Positions 42,033-52,706 of a stretch of 64,000 bases of DNA are shown one piece after another. The notes beneath the pieces are model-generated. The model was not told the origin of the DNA. It made no database searches and saw only the letters and a program-made list of their open reading frames with translations. Both the position numbers and the translations under genes were made by a program. Location of the stretch: NCBI GenBank assembly GCA_963776345.1, contig CAVZMH010000022.1, positions 480,001-544,000 on the forward strand. Reading direction: 5' to 3'. Each line of letters starts with the position of its first letter. Position 1 is the stretch's first letter. This DNA is from an uncultured delta proteobacterium (GTDB lineage: Bacteria > Myxococcota > Myxococcia > Myxococcales > Myxococcaceae).

Positions 42033-44086
42033 AGGAGCGACCCCACCGCCGCGGCGAACAGCTGGGCGGCGTAGACCAGCCACCCGGTCACCGTGAGCGC
42101 CGGGCCCGGGGTGGCGTCGAGCGAGCGGGCGTCGTTCAAGGGATTTGCGTCGAGCGGCGGCGAGGAGCCGGGGTGGACCTCGGCCAGGCGCACCCGCCCG
42201 CCGGGGAAGGGCCGCACCGTCGTGAAGCGGCCCCAGAGCTCTCCTGGCGGGACCTCCCGGGTGAGGCGCGTCCCGTCCTCGAAGGTGAGCCGGACGTCGA
42301 GCGGGAGCGCGAGGTCGCCGCGGCGCTCCACCAGCACCTCGCACCGGGCGTCCCCGGGGTCGGCGCCGGCGCGGCGTGCAGGCCGGAACGCCGGTGTCTC
42401 TCCGTCGCCGTCGAAGAGGCCCGGGCCGCCCGCCGTGGACACGCGGGTGCAGCGGAGCGCGGCCACCGCGTCGTCGAGCCCGGCGGTGCCACGAAGGAGC
42501 GCGTTGCCCAGCGGGCGGAGGTCTCGACCGCCGACCTCGGAGGCGACGTCGAGGAAGTCGTCGGTGCCGGGATGGCGGAAGGCCCACCGCGCCGCGTACG
42601 CGCGCATCACCCGGGCGAACGCCTCCGGGCCGATCTCGCGCTCGAGCATCCGCAGCGCGCCGGCAGCCCGACCATAGGTGCTGCGCCCCACGTCGCGTCC
42701 ATCCTTGAACCGCCAGCCCGGGCGGACGATGGAGGACTGGAAGCGGGCCGCCGACCGGGAGCGGATCTGGTCGTCGGAGAGCGACGAGCGGAGAAACGGG
42801 GCGAGGAGCCAGCGCGTCCCCGGGGGCGCCAGCTGGGCGAGGTCCCAGCGCAGCCCGACCCCGTCGAGGATCTCCGCCGTGGCCCAGGTGTCGATGCCCT
42901 CGTCCAGCCACGCCTCCTCGAGCTCGTTGGAGGCGAGCAGCCCCTGCCACCACCCGTGCGCGACCTCGTGGACCGCCACCTCCCAGAGGAGGGTGTCCCT
43001 CGGCCCGGCGGGGTCGGTGCGCGAGTACACGGTGACCAGCGTCGGGTACTCCATCCCGCCCGAGTCGGCGTTCGCTCCCAGGGGAGGCGCGACCAGCGTC
43101 AGGTGAGGGTAGGGGTACGGCAGCCAGCGCCGCCCGCCGTGCTCCAGCGTCGCCTTGGCCGCGGCGAGGACCTGCGGCGCCGTCGCGCGGGCGTCCGGCG
43201 GGACCAGCGCGGTGAGCGCCACCTCGGGGAGGCCATCGCTCCGGAAGACGTCGTTCACCTCCACCGCGCCCTCCCAGGCCGTCCAGGCGAAGTCGATGAC
43301 GTCATCCTGGTGGAAGCGGTGGGTGACGGTGCCGTCGGAGTTCTCGCTGCGGCCGGTGCGGACGCCGGTGGCGCCGACCACCATCGCGCGCGGCACGGTG
43401 AGCGCCGCGTCGTAGCTGCCGAAGTCGGCGTAGAACTCCGCGGTGGCGTGGAACTGGTGACAGCTCCAGGTGGGCGTGCGGACTCCGCGCTGCGGGGGCA
43501 CCTCGAGGACGCCGAGCTTGGGGAACCACTGGCCGAAGAAGGTGTACTTGCCGGCCACCCCGGTGCGAGCGGCGAGCTTCGGCACCCGCGCCTCCCACGC
43601 GAGGTCCAGGCTCACCGTGCCGTGCGGCGGGACCGCGGCGGGCAGGGTGAGGGTGAAGACGGTCTGGTCCGCGGCGTTCCCGTCGTCCGGGCGCTCCCAG
43701 CGGAGCGTGGGCCGGACGTCGGTTCCGTCCTGGAGCCGGGCCGAGCGAAGCGCCGTCCAGCCCCAGTCGTCGCGGTCGTACGCCCCGGTGCCCGAGCGAG
43801 ACCCACCGCCCCGGTTGGCCTCGCGCGAGAACGTGGTGTCGGCGTTCTTGAACGCGTTCCAGTACGCGTGGAACCAGAGCGTGGCCTGCGGGACGTCGGA
43901 GCGGTTGGTCCAGGTGAGCCGCGCGGTCCCGGTCAGGTGGCGCGTCGCCGGGTCGTATCGGGCCTCGAGGACGTAGCTCGCGGTGCGCTCGCTGAGCGGC
44001 GCACCGATGCTGCGCCCGGTCTGGTCGAAGCGCGCCGGCGCGGGGGTGACGCCCACCAGCAGCAAGAGCACCAGGGGAGAGATCAT
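42029..44086 (-). CDS. M1 family metallopeptidase, secreted, with C-terminal hydrophobic tail
   Basis: GGMEYP, HEVAHGWW..NELEEAWLDEG, YGRA; signal peptide. Confidence 0.93.
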   Translation of the reverse strand: MISPLVLLLLVGVTPAPARFDQTGRSIGAPLSERTASYVLEARYDPATRHLTGTARLTWTNRSDVPQATLWFHAYWNAFKNADTTFSREANRGGGSRSGTGAYDRDDWGWTALRSARLQDGTDVRPTLRWERPDDGNAADQTVFTLTLPAAVPPHGTVSLDLAWEARVPKLAARTGVAGKYTFFGQWFPKLGVLEVPPQRGVRTPTWSCHQFHATAEFYADFGSYDAALTVPRAMVVGATGVRTGRSENSDGTVTHRFHQDDVIDFAWTAWEGAVEVNDVFRSDGLPEVALTALVPPDARATAPQVLAAAKATLEHGGRRWLPYPYPHLTLVAPPLGANADSGGMEYPTLVTVYSRTDPAGPRDTLLWEVAVHEVAHGWWQGLLASNELEEAWLDEGIDTWATAEILDGVGLRWDLAQLAPPGTRWLLAPFLRSSLSDDQIRSRSAARFQSSIVRPGWRFKDGRDVGRSTYGRAAGALRMLEREIGPEAFARVMRAYAARWAFRHPGTDDFLDVASEVGGRDLRPLGNALLRGTAGLDDAVAALRCTRVSTAGGPGLFDGDGETPAFRPARRAGADPGDARCEVLVERRGDLALPLDVRLTFEDGTRLTREVPPGELWGRFTTVRPFPGGRVRLAEVHPGSSPPLDANPLNDARSLDATPGPALTVTGWLVYAAQLFAAAVGSLL

Positions 44087-44093
44087 TCGGGGT

Positions 44094-45032
44094 TCACAGG
44101 CCCGGCGGTGGAAGGTCGGTCCCGTCCGCCTCCAGCCCGGGGACCTCCCGGAGGCGGCGCGCCACCTGCGAGACGCGCGTCTCGTCCACGTCCGAGCGCA
44201 CGTCCAGGGTGAAGCTCACCTCGTCGTGGCGGTGCCCGCGGCGGACCTGGAACCGTGGCCGCGGGACCCGCTCCAGGCGGCCGACCAGCCCGTGCAGGCC
44301 TGCGTTCCAGTCCTCCACCAGCTGGTCGAGCGGCACGCCCTCGACGCGGACCCGGTAGGCGTCGCCGGGAAGGTCCTCCACCACGATGCGGCCCTCGAGC
44401 GCGTGGCCCCGGCGGCGGAGCTCGGTCCGCTGCGCCTCGGTGAGGAACTGCTCGGGCAGCAGCGGCGCCGGCGCGGCGCCCAGGGTCTCCAGAAGTTTCG
44501 CGCGCACCGCCGGGGTCCTCGGCGAGCGGCCGAAGGCCGTCCACTCGCTCGCCAGGCGCGACCGCCAGCCGGCGGCGGTGGTGCGCCACCGCCCGAGCTC
44601 GCTCCGCTGCGCCGGGGTGAGCAGCTCCAGCGACTCGGCCGCCGCGACGGGCTCCGGCAGCGGCACCGGCTCGCTCCCGCCGGCGAGCGGGTCCGCGGTG
44701 AGGAAGGCGAGCACGCCCGGCGTCCCGGACCCCTCGGTGACCAGGCCGGGGACGACCGCGAGCCGCAGACGCGCCGCGGGAATCACCGCCCGGAGCTCCA
44801 CCGGCTGCCGCTGCTCGACGCGCCGGCGCACCACGTCGGGGGGCGTCGACCAGGTCAGCCAGGCGGCGAAGGGAGCGTCGGGCTCGACCCGCGCCGGAAG
44901 CCGCTCGGTGTGCCGGATCCGCTCCACCTCCCCCTCTCGCCCGAGCCGGGTGATGGGGGTGCAGACGCCGGGTTCCAGGCAGACCACGTCGGGAGAGGCG
45001 GCGCCGAGCAGCGCCAGCAGGAGGAGCGACAC
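44094..45032 (-). CDS. Hypothetical secreted protein
   Basis: Signal-like MSLLLLALLGA; 7 bp upstream of the M1 gene; GC3-biased frame. Confidence 0.6.
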   Translation of the reverse strand: MSLLLLALLGAASPDVVCLEPGVCTPITRLGREGEVERIRHTERLPARVEPDAPFAAWLTWSTPPDVVRRRVEQRQPVELRAVIPAARLRLAVVPGLVTEGSGTPGVLAFLTADPLAGGSEPVPLPEPVAAAESLELLTPAQRSELGRWRTTAAGWRSRLASEWTAFGRSPRTPAVRAKLLETLGAAPAPLLPEQFLTEAQRTELRRRGHALEGRIVVEDLPGDAYRVRVEGVPLDQLVEDWNAGLHGLVGRLERVPRPRFQVRRGHRHDEVSFTLDVRSDVDETRVSQVARRLREVPGLEADGTDLPPPGL

Positions 45033-45173
45033 TGCCCCGGGACGGTAGCAGCCGGGGAGGGTGGAGACATGTTTCAGCCCCTCCCGAGGTGCGCGGAGGA
45101 GCGGTAGGGTGGGAGCCGATGACCGCCCTGGAGACCGCGGTCCAGCGGCCGGACGCGGGGACTCCGTCGCGGC

Positions 45174-46103
45174 TCACCCTCGGTTGGGGCGTGGAGTTCT
45201 GAGCACCGGCACCGGGACCCGTGCCGCCGCCGGCCGGAGCACCAGGGCGACCGCGGTGAGGATGAGCGGGAGCGAGACCAGCAGGGCAGGCGGCAGGCGC
45301 TCTCCGGCGAGCGCGGCCCCGAGCACCAGGGCCACCACCGGGTTGACGTAGGCGTAGCTCGAGGCGACGGGAACCGGAACGCGCGATAGCAAGAAGAGGT
45401 ACGCCGTGTAGGCGACGAGCGAGCCGAACACCACCAGGTAGGCGAGGGCCCAGATCGCCCGCGCGGGGACGACCGCCGGCAGCTGCTCGCCGCGGAGCAG
45501 GCTCAGCGCGACCAGCACCCAGCCCGCGGTGAACATCTCCGCGCCCGCGGCCATCATGCCCTTGGGCAGGTCCAGCCGGCGGCTCCAGAGCGAGCCGAAG
45601 GCCCAGGCCGCGGTGGCGAACATCAGGACGCCGACGCCGCCCGGGCTCCCGCGCAGCTCGCTGCCGAGGTTGAGGATGATGATGCCGCCGAAGCCGAGCA
45701 CCAGCGCGACCCAGTCCTTGGTGGCCGGCCAGCGCCCCCACAGCCCGGCGAAGAGCGCCATCCACAGCGGCATCGCCGACACCATGAGCGCCGCCAGGCC
45801 CGAGCTGACGGTCTGCTCGGCGATGGCCACCCCGCCGTTGCCGCCAGCGAGCAGCAGGGTGCCGATGGCCAGCGCGTTTCGCCACTGCCGGGCGCTGGGG
45901 AGCGGCTCGCCGCGGAGGCGGGCGACCACCAGCATGACCGCGCCCGCGACCAGGAAGCGGAGCGCCGCCATCCGGAAGGGCGGGAAGCCGTCCATCGCCA
46001 CCCGCATTGCGAGGTACGTGGACCCCCAGATGACGTAGAGGGAGAAGAGGGCGAGCCCCACCGAGAGGCGCGAGGTGGACGAGCTGTGACCGGTGGGGCT
46101 CAT
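45174..46103 (-). CDS. yedA: EamA/DMT drug/metabolite exporter (YedA-like)
   Basis: LYVIWGSTY, LRFLVAG, GGNGGV, YAYVNPVVA. Confidence 0.9.
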   Translation of the reverse strand: MSPTGHSSSTSRLSVGLALFSLYVIWGSTYLAMRVAMDGFPPFRMAALRFLVAGAVMLVVARLRGEPLPSARQWRNALAIGTLLLAGGNGGVAIAEQTVSSGLAALMVSAMPLWMALFAGLWGRWPATKDWVALVLGFGGIIILNLGSELRGSPGGVGVLMFATAAWAFGSLWSRRLDLPKGMMAAGAEMFTAGWVLVALSLLRGEQLPAVVPARAIWALAYLVVFGSLVAYTAYLFLLSRVPVPVASSYAYVNPVVALVLGAALAGERLPPALLVSLPLILTAVALVLRPAAARVPVPVLRTPRPNRG

Positions 46104-46205
46104 GGTCCGACGGAGACTTTCCTAGTGTCCGGGGGTGGCGCGTGCCGCTTCCTGTCGCTGTTCTCCCGTTGCAGCGCCCGACGTGTGCTGGTTGGCTAGC
46201 GCATC

Positions 46206-48890
46206 GTGTCCGACCCCCGGGCGGTGGATCCCGAGTCGCAGCGCCTGGCGGAGGACGGCCAGCGCACCCTCAACTGGAAGCGGTGGGGTCCGTACCTCTC
46301 GGACCGGCAGTGGGGAACGGTGCGCGAGGACTACTCGGCCACCGGCGACGCCTGGGAGTACTTCCCGCACGGCGCGGCGCGCTCGCGGACCTACCGCTGG
46401 GGGGAGGACGGGCTGCTCGGCATCACCGACCGCGAGTGCCGGCTGTGCCTCGCGGTGGCGCTGTGGAACGAGCAGGACCCGATCCTCAAGGAGCGCCTGT
46501 TCGGCCTCGCCGGGAACGAGGGCAACCACGGCGAGGACGTGAAGGAGCTGTACTACTTCCTCGACGCCACGCCGACCTCCAGCTACCTCGAGGCGCTCTA
46601 CAAGTACCCGCAGCGTGCGTTCCCCTACACGCAGCTGCTCGAGGAGAACCGGCGGCGCGGCCGCGGCGCTCCCGAGTTCGAGCTGCTGGACACCGGCGTC
46701 TTCGACGGGAACCGCTACTTCGACGTGCGCGTCGAGTACGCGAAGGCGGCGCCGGACGACCTGTGGATGCGGCTCACGCTCACCAACCACGGGCCCGAGC
46801 CGGCGCCGCTGCACGTGCTGCCGACCCTCTGGTTCCGGAACACCTGGGCCTGGGGGCGGATGACCGAGGGCTACTGGCCGCGGCCCGAGCTGCTCGGAGA
46901 GGACGGGCACGTGCTCGCGCGCCACGCCTCGCTCGGGCTGTTCCGCTTCGAGCCGGGGCCGCACCCCGCGGGCACCATGCCCGAGCTGCTGTTCTGCGAC
47001 AACGAGACGAACGCCGAGCGGCTGTTCAACGCGCCGTCGCGGAGCCGGTGGCCCAAGGACGCCATCCACGACGCGGTGGTGCAGGGGCGGCGCGAGGCGG
47101 TGAACCCCGACCGCCTGGGAACGAAGATGGCGGCCCACTACCGGCTGGAGCTGCCGCCGGGCGGCTCGGCGACGCTGCGGCTCCGGCTGGCGGCGGTGGA
47201 GCACGGCCTGGCGTCCGACTTCGACGGCTCGGTGGATGCGCTCTTCGAGGACCGGCGCGCCGAGGCCGACGCGTTCTACGCCCTCCACCTGCCGCCCACC
47301 AGCAGCGACGAGGAGCGGCGCATCGCCCGGCAGGCCTGGGCCGGTCTCCACTGGTGCAAGCAGTACTACCACTACAGCGTGCGGGACTGGCTCGAGGGCG
47401 ACCCGTCCGGGCCGGCGCCCCCGCTCGAGAGGAGGCACGGCCGCAACGCGCACTGGGCCCAGAACCTCTACAACCGCGACGTCCTGTCGATGCCGGACAC
47501 CTGGGAGTACCCCTGGTACGCGGCGTGGGACCTGGCGTTCCACATGCTGCCGTTCTGCGAGGTGGACCCGGTGTTCGCCAAGGAGCAGCTGATCCTGCTC
47601 CTGCGCGAATGGTACATGCACCCCAACGGGCACCTCCCGGCGTACGAGTGGGCGTTCTCGGACGTGAACCCGCCGGTGCACGCCTGGGCCTGCTGGCGCA
47701 TCTACAAGAAGACCGGGCCGCGCGGCCGCCGCGACATCGGGTTCCTCAAGCGCGCCTTCCAGAAGCTCCTGCTCAACTTCACCTGGTGGGTGAACCGGAA
47801 GGACCCGGACGGCAAGAACCTCTTCTCCGGCGGGTTCCTGGGCCTCGACAACATCGGGGTGTTCGACCGGAACAGGCCGCTCCCCACCGGCGGACAGCTC
47901 ACCCAGGCCGACGGCACGGCGTGGATGGCCTTCTTCTGCACCACCATGCTGAGCATCGCGCTCGAGCTGGCGCAGGTGGACGACTCGTACGAGGACATCG
48001 CCAGCAAGTTCTTCGAGCACTTCGTGGCCATCGTCGACGCGATGAACGCCATGGGCGGCCAGGGGCTGTGGGACGAGGCCGACGGCTTCTATTACGACCA
48101 GCTGGTCGTCGACGGGCAGAGCATCCCGCTTCGAGTGAGGAGCATGGTGGGGCTCATCCCGCTCTTCGCCGCCGAGGTGCTCGGCGACCGGGAGGTGGAC
48201 CGGTTGCCCGGGTTCAGCAAGCGGATGCGCTGGTTCCTGGAGAACCGGCCCGACCTGGCGGCGCACGTCTACTACCGGCCGCCGGAGCACGGCCTCCCGG
48301 GCGCGCGGCTCCTGGCCATCGCCCCCCGCGAGCGGCTGGTCCGGATGCTCGGGTACTTGCTGGACGAGAGCGAGTTCCTCTCCCCCTACGGCATCCGGAG
48401 CCTGTCCCGGGTGCACGCCGCGCACCCGTACGTCCTGGAGGGGCACGCCGACTGGCGCGTGCACTACGACCCGGGTGACTCGACGACCGGCATCTTCGGC
48501 GGGAACTCGAACTGGCGCGGGCCGGTGTGGTTCCCGAACAACTACCTCCTCATCGAGTCGCTGGAGCGGTACCACCACTTCTACGGCGACGCGCTGACGG
48601 TCGAGTGCCCCACCGGGTCGGGGCAGCACCTGACGCTCTCCGAGGTCGGGCATCTGCTCTCCTCGCGCTTGCTCGCGCTGTTCCTCCCCGATGCGTCGGG
48701 GCGACGGCCGGCACACGGGGACGAGGTCCGCTACGCGAAGGATCCGGCGTTCCGCGACCTCGCGCTGTTCTACGAGTTCTTCCACGGCGACACCGGACGG
48801 GGGCTGGGGGCGAGTCACCAGACCGGCTGGACCGCGCTGGTGCTCGAGGCGCTACGGGACGTGGCGGAGCACCGGAAGCGCGGGCGCTGA
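46206..48890 (+). CDS. MGH1-like/GH63 glucosidase
   Basis: WGPYLSDRQWGTVREDYS, GNHGEDVKE, SMPDTWEYPWYAAWD, GLDNI, GGNSNWRGPVW, GASHQTGWT. Confidence 0.92.
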   Translation: MSDPRAVDPESQRLAEDGQRTLNWKRWGPYLSDRQWGTVREDYSATGDAWEYFPHGAARSRTYRWGEDGLLGITDRECRLCLAVALWNEQDPILKERLFGLAGNEGNHGEDVKELYYFLDATPTSSYLEALYKYPQRAFPYTQLLEENRRRGRGAPEFELLDTGVFDGNRYFDVRVEYAKAAPDDLWMRLTLTNHGPEPAPLHVLPTLWFRNTWAWGRMTEGYWPRPELLGEDGHVLARHASLGLFRFEPGPHPAGTMPELLFCDNETNAERLFNAPSRSRWPKDAIHDAVVQGRREAVNPDRLGTKMAAHYRLELPPGGSATLRLRLAAVEHGLASDFDGSVDALFEDRRAEADAFYALHLPPTSSDEERRIARQAWAGLHWCKQYYHYSVRDWLEGDPSGPAPPLERRHGRNAHWAQNLYNRDVLSMPDTWEYPWYAAWDLAFHMLPFCEVDPVFAKEQLILLLREWYMHPNGHLPAYEWAFSDVNPPVHAWACWRIYKKTGPRGRRDIGFLKRAFQKLLLNFTWWVNRKDPDGKNLFSGGFLGLDNIGVFDRNRPLPTGGQLTQADGTAWMAFFCTTMLSIALELAQVDDSYEDIASKFFEHFVAIVDAMNAMGGQGLWDEADGFYYDQLVVDGQSIPLRVRSMVGLIPLFAAEVLGDREVDRLPGFSKRMRWFLENRPDLAAHVYYRPPEHGLPGARLLAIAPRERLVRMLGYLLDESEFLSPYGIRSLSRVHAAHPYVLEGHADWRVHYDPGDSTTGIFGGNSNWRGPVWFPNNYLLIESLERYHHFYGDALTVECPTGSGQHLTLSEVGHLLSSRLLALFLPDASGRRPAHGDEVRYAKDPAFRDLALFYEFFHGDTGRGLGASHQTGWTALVLEALRDVAEHRKRGR

Positions 48891-48930
48891 GCGGGACTGC
48901 GGGCTCAGCCGATCCCCCACTGCCGTCGCG

Positions 48931-50235
48931 TCAGGCTCCGAGCCGTGCCCGGGCATGCTCCAGGGGATGCCCGAGCGCGGTCTCGACCTCGACCGTCGTC
49001 GCCGCGCCGCACTCGACCGCCCGCCGGAGCCCGTTGAGCAGGCCCCGCGCGGTCGCCGCGTCGTCGAACTCGGCGCCCAGCCGGGTGGCCTGCGCCGCCT
49101 GGTCGAGGAACCTGCGCAGCCGCGCTGCCGCCGAGGGGATCTCCTCGCGCAGCGTGGCGAACAGCGCCCCGTAGCGCGCCGGAAGCTGCGCCGGGTGCAG
49201 GTCCCAGCCCTGGACGATGCCGTCCCGGTACGCGCGCCGCACGTCGTCCGCGGTCCGCGCCCAGGCCCGGAAGACCGCCTCGCGGTTCGCCCCCTTCTCC
49301 GCATCGTTCTTGGGCTCGCGGTGCGGACCGACCGGGAGCAAGGTCGTCGGCCCGTCGACGACGGTCACCCCCGTCCCGGTGAGGGCGAGCTGGAGCAGCC
49401 GCCGCACCAGCTCCACCGAGGGATGCCCGAGCCACTGGTGCGCCGCGCTGATGCCCAGCGCCGAGGTCATGTCGTACGGACCGACGTGCACCGAGCGGCA
49501 GCGCCCGCCGGCTGCCTCCACCAGCGCCAGGATGCCCAGCCGGCCGTCCAGGGACACCAGCGCCGACGGCGTCTCCACCATCAGCTCGAGCGCGATGGCC
49601 CCCGCGGGCCACCCCAGCCGGTGCTCCAGCGCCTCGGCCGAGCGGCGGAGCAGCTCCACCTGGATGGGCAGCACCAGCTTCGGCGCGGTGAGCGCGAAGC
49701 CGGGGATGGGCTCGTTCCCCAGCTGCGCCCCCACGCGCTCCAGCGTGCGGAGCGCCCGCCGGGACGTCCGCCCCGAGAACGGCTTCAGCCGGAGGCCGAT
49801 GAACGGCGGGAGCGTGCCATCCTTCCGCCCCCGCTCCAGCGCCGCACCGGCTGCATCGGCGTGGGCGTCCTCCTCCTCGTCGGGCCGGATGCCGTAGCCG
49901 TCCTCGAAGTCGATCCGGAGGTCCTCCACCGGCTCGCGCTCCATCTTGGCGATGACCCGCGCGCGGAGGTCCGTCGCCTGCGTCGGGCTCAGCGAGAGCC
50001 CGAGCGCGTGGGCGTAGGTGGGCCCGTCCGGGGCGTAGGTGTCCAGCGCGGCGCGGGCCAGCGTGCCCATCCGGGCCGCCGCGCTGTCCTTGAACAGGTG
50101 CGCGCCGCCGTAGAGCACCTGCACCGGTCGCCGTCCGGCGGGACCGGAGCGCCGCTCGCGCTCGCGCTGGTGAAGCGCCTCGTCGAGCGATTCCAGCAGG
50201 GGCTGCAGGGCCTCGGTCAGCGGGGGCAGCGCCAT
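48931..50235 (-). CDS. HpcH/HpaI aldolase/citrate-lyase-like protein (DUF6986-like)
   Basis: RRPVQVLYGGAHLF, EDLRIDFEDGYG, MVETP, HVGPYD, QGWDLHPAQL. Confidence 0.82.
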   Translation of the reverse strand: MALPPLTEALQPLLESLDEALHQRERERRSGPAGRRPVQVLYGGAHLFKDSAAARMGTLARAALDTYAPDGPTYAHALGLSLSPTQATDLRARVIAKMEREPVEDLRIDFEDGYGIRPDEEEDAHADAAGAALERGRKDGTLPPFIGLRLKPFSGRTSRRALRTLERVGAQLGNEPIPGFALTAPKLVLPIQVELLRRSAEALEHRLGWPAGAIALELMVETPSALVSLDGRLGILALVEAAGGRCRSVHVGPYDMTSALGISAAHQWLGHPSVELVRRLLQLALTGTGVTVVDGPTTLLPVGPHREPKNDAEKGANREAVFRAWARTADDVRRAYRDGIVQGWDLHPAQLPARYGALFATLREEIPSAAARLRRFLDQAAQATRLGAEFDDAATARGLLNGLRRAVECGAATTVEVETALGHPLEHARARLGA

Positions 50236-50339
50236 GGCCGCCCCCTTACCACCACCGGGTCGGCGGTTCGACTGGAGGCGCGGGTGCCCTCCTGACGTCA
50301 CCGTGCCTGAGGGCCTGGTCCGTGCTGTAAACTTCACGG

Positions 50340-51728
50340 ATGCCCGAGTACGACCTGGTGGTGATCGGCTCAGGGCCCGCCGGGGAGAAGGGCGCGGCCC
50401 AGGCGGGGTACTTCCGCAAGAAGGTCGCCGTCGTCGAGCGGCAGTCGAACCTCGGTGGGGCAGGGGCCAACACCGGGACACTTCCCTCCAAGACGCTCCG
50501 GGAGACCTCGCTGTTCCTCTCCGGCTTCCGCCAGCGCGGGCTGTACGGCGTGGAGATGAGGCTCGAGGCCCGGACCGGCGTCCGCGAGCTGCTCTTCCGC
50601 GAGCGCGCCGTGGCCCAGGAGGAGCAGGTCCGCGTGGCCCAGAACCTCCGCGCCCACGGGGCGGACGTCTACCAGGGGAAGGGCCGCATCGTGGATCCGC
50701 ACACGGTGCTGGTGCGGCGACCGGGCGCCGAGGAGCGGCTCACGGCGAAGGTCATCCTGGTCGCCACCGGGAGCACGCCGTTCCACCCGCCGCTGTTCAA
50801 CTTCCAGGCGCCCGGGGTCTACGACTCGGACAGCATCCTCCTCATGTCCGAGGTCCCCCACTCGCTGGTGGTGCTCGGCGGCGGGGTCATCGGCTGCGAG
50901 TACGCCTGCACCTTCGCCGCGCTCGGCATCCCGGTGACCCTGGTGGAGTCGCGGAAGCCGCTCCTGTCGTTCCTGGACCTCGAGATGTCCACCCGGCTCC
51001 AGGCGCGCATGGAAGGGCTGGGCGTCCAGTTCCGGATGCCGGCCACGGTGGAGACGGTCGAGGTGGAGGAGGGCCGGGTCACGGTCGGGCTCAAGGACGG
51101 CGGGTCCATCGCCGCCGCGGCGCTGCTGGTCGCCTCGGGCCGGAGCGCGAACACCGCCGGCATCGGCCTGGAGGAGGCGGGGGTGACGCTCGGCGAGCGG
51201 GGCCGGGTGGTGGTGAACGAGCACTACCAGACGAGCGTCCCCAGCATCTACGCCGCCGGCGACTGCGTGGGGTTCCCTGCGCTCGCCTCCACGTCGATGG
51301 AGCAGGCCCGGGTGGCGATCGCGCACGCCTTCTCGCTGTACCCAAAGGAAAAGCTCGCGCCCATCCTCCCCTACGGGCTCTACACCATCCCCGAGCTGTC
51401 GATGGCCGGCGAGACCGAGGAGTCGCTCAAGCAGTCGGGAGTGGACTACGTGGTGGGGCGCGCGGCCTACGCCACCAACGCCCGCGGGCAGATCATCGGC
51501 GACGGCGGCGGGTTCCTGAAGCTCATCTTCAAGCGCGAGGACATGAAGCTCCTCGGCGTGCACGTCATCGGCGAGCAGGCGTCGGAGTTGGTGCACATCG
51601 GACTGACCGCGCTGCTCTGCGGCGCCGGGGCGCAGCTCTTCGTCGACACTTGCTACAACTACCCGACGCTGTCCGAGCTGTACAAGTACGCCACGTACAA
51701 CGCCATGGCCCAGCGGAACCCGCTCTGA
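50340..51728 (+). CDS. sthA: Soluble Si-specific NAD(P)+ transhydrogenase
   Basis: GSGPAG, TGTLPSKTLRE, YDSDSIL, GGGVIGCEYA, ALASTSMEQ, YNYPTLSELYK. Confidence 0.93.
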   Translation: MPEYDLVVIGSGPAGEKGAAQAGYFRKKVAVVERQSNLGGAGANTGTLPSKTLRETSLFLSGFRQRGLYGVEMRLEARTGVRELLFRERAVAQEEQVRVAQNLRAHGADVYQGKGRIVDPHTVLVRRPGAEERLTAKVILVATGSTPFHPPLFNFQAPGVYDSDSILLMSEVPHSLVVLGGGVIGCEYACTFAALGIPVTLVESRKPLLSFLDLEMSTRLQARMEGLGVQFRMPATVETVEVEEGRVTVGLKDGGSIAAAALLVASGRSANTAGIGLEEAGVTLGERGRVVVNEHYQTSVPSIYAAGDCVGFPALASTSMEQARVAIAHAFSLYPKEKLAPILPYGLYTIPELSMAGETEESLKQSGVDYVVGRAAYATNARGQIIGDGGGFLKLIFKREDMKLLGVHVIGEQASELVHIGLTALLCGAGAQLFVDTCYNYPTLSELYKYATYNAMAQRNPL

Positions 51729-51771
51729 GCGCGGGGACCGACGCGGGTGCTAAGAGCCGCGGCTCCCCCGT

Positions 51772-52551
51772 GTGAGCCACCATCCCGCACAGCTCCTCTT
51801 CCTCTTCGTGACCGCCATCGCCGCCGGGGCGATGAACGCCGTGGCCGGAGGGGGAACGATGCTCACCTTCCCCGCGCTGCTCGCCGCCGGGGTGACCCCG
51901 GTCGCGGCGAACGCCACCAACGCGGTGGCCCTCGTCCCGGGCTCGCTGAGCGCCGGGTGGGGGTACCGCCGGGAGCTCGGGTCCCACAGCGGCCGGGTGC
52001 TCACCTCGCTGGTGGTCTCCAGCCTGGCCGGCGGTCTGGTCGGCGCCTGGCTGGTGACGGTGGCCGGGGACGCGCTGTTCAGGGCCCTCGTCCCCTGGCT
52101 CATCCTGGGCGCAACCGCGCTCTTCGTCGTCCAGGAGCCGCTCCGGGGGTGGCGCGAGCGCCACAGCGCAGAGGTCGAGGCGCGGGGGCTGCACGAGGTG
52201 AACCTCTGGGTCCTCTCCGCGGCGCAGTTCGTGGTGGCGGTGTACGGGGGCTTCTTCGGCGCGGGGATGGGGATCCTCATGCTCGCCGAGCTCGGGCTGG
52301 TGGGCCTGACCAGCATCCACCAGATGAACGGGCTCAAGAACTTCGGCGCGGTGTGCATCAACGGCATCGCCTCCCTGTACTTCGCCCTGGGCGAGCACGT
52401 GCGCTGGCCGCTGGCGGCGCTGATGGCGGTGGGCGCGGTGCTGGGCGGCTACGGCGGGGCGTGGCTGGCCCGGCGCATCGGCGAGCGGATGGTGCGCGGG
52501 GCGATCATCGCCATCGGGCTCGGCACCGGGGTGTGGACGCTGGTGAAGTGA
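51772..52551 (+). CDS. TauE/SafE family sulfite exporter
   Basis: NAVAGGGT, ANATN, YGGFFGAGMG, NGLKN. Confidence 0.92.
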   Translation: MSHHPAQLLFLFVTAIAAGAMNAVAGGGTMLTFPALLAAGVTPVAANATNAVALVPGSLSAGWGYRRELGSHSGRVLTSLVVSSLAGGLVGAWLVTVAGDALFRALVPWLILGATALFVVQEPLRGWRERHSAEVEARGLHEVNLWVLSAAQFVVAVYGGFFGAGMGILMLAELGLVGLTSIHQMNGLKNFGAVCINGIASLYFALGEHVRWPLAALMAVGAVLGGYGGAWLARRIGERMVRGAIIAIGLGTGVWTLVK

Positions 52552-52706
52552 CGCGCCGGGGCCCACGTCGCTCGTCCGGGGGCGAGGGCCCTGCGCGGAA
52601 CGGGACGTCGCTCGAGGCGCCAGCGACTTGCACGGAACGGACGCCTGGGATCCTACTGCTTCTGTGCTCCTCGCGGCGCGTCGGGCGGGTGCAAGCTCCG
52701 CCGCCC

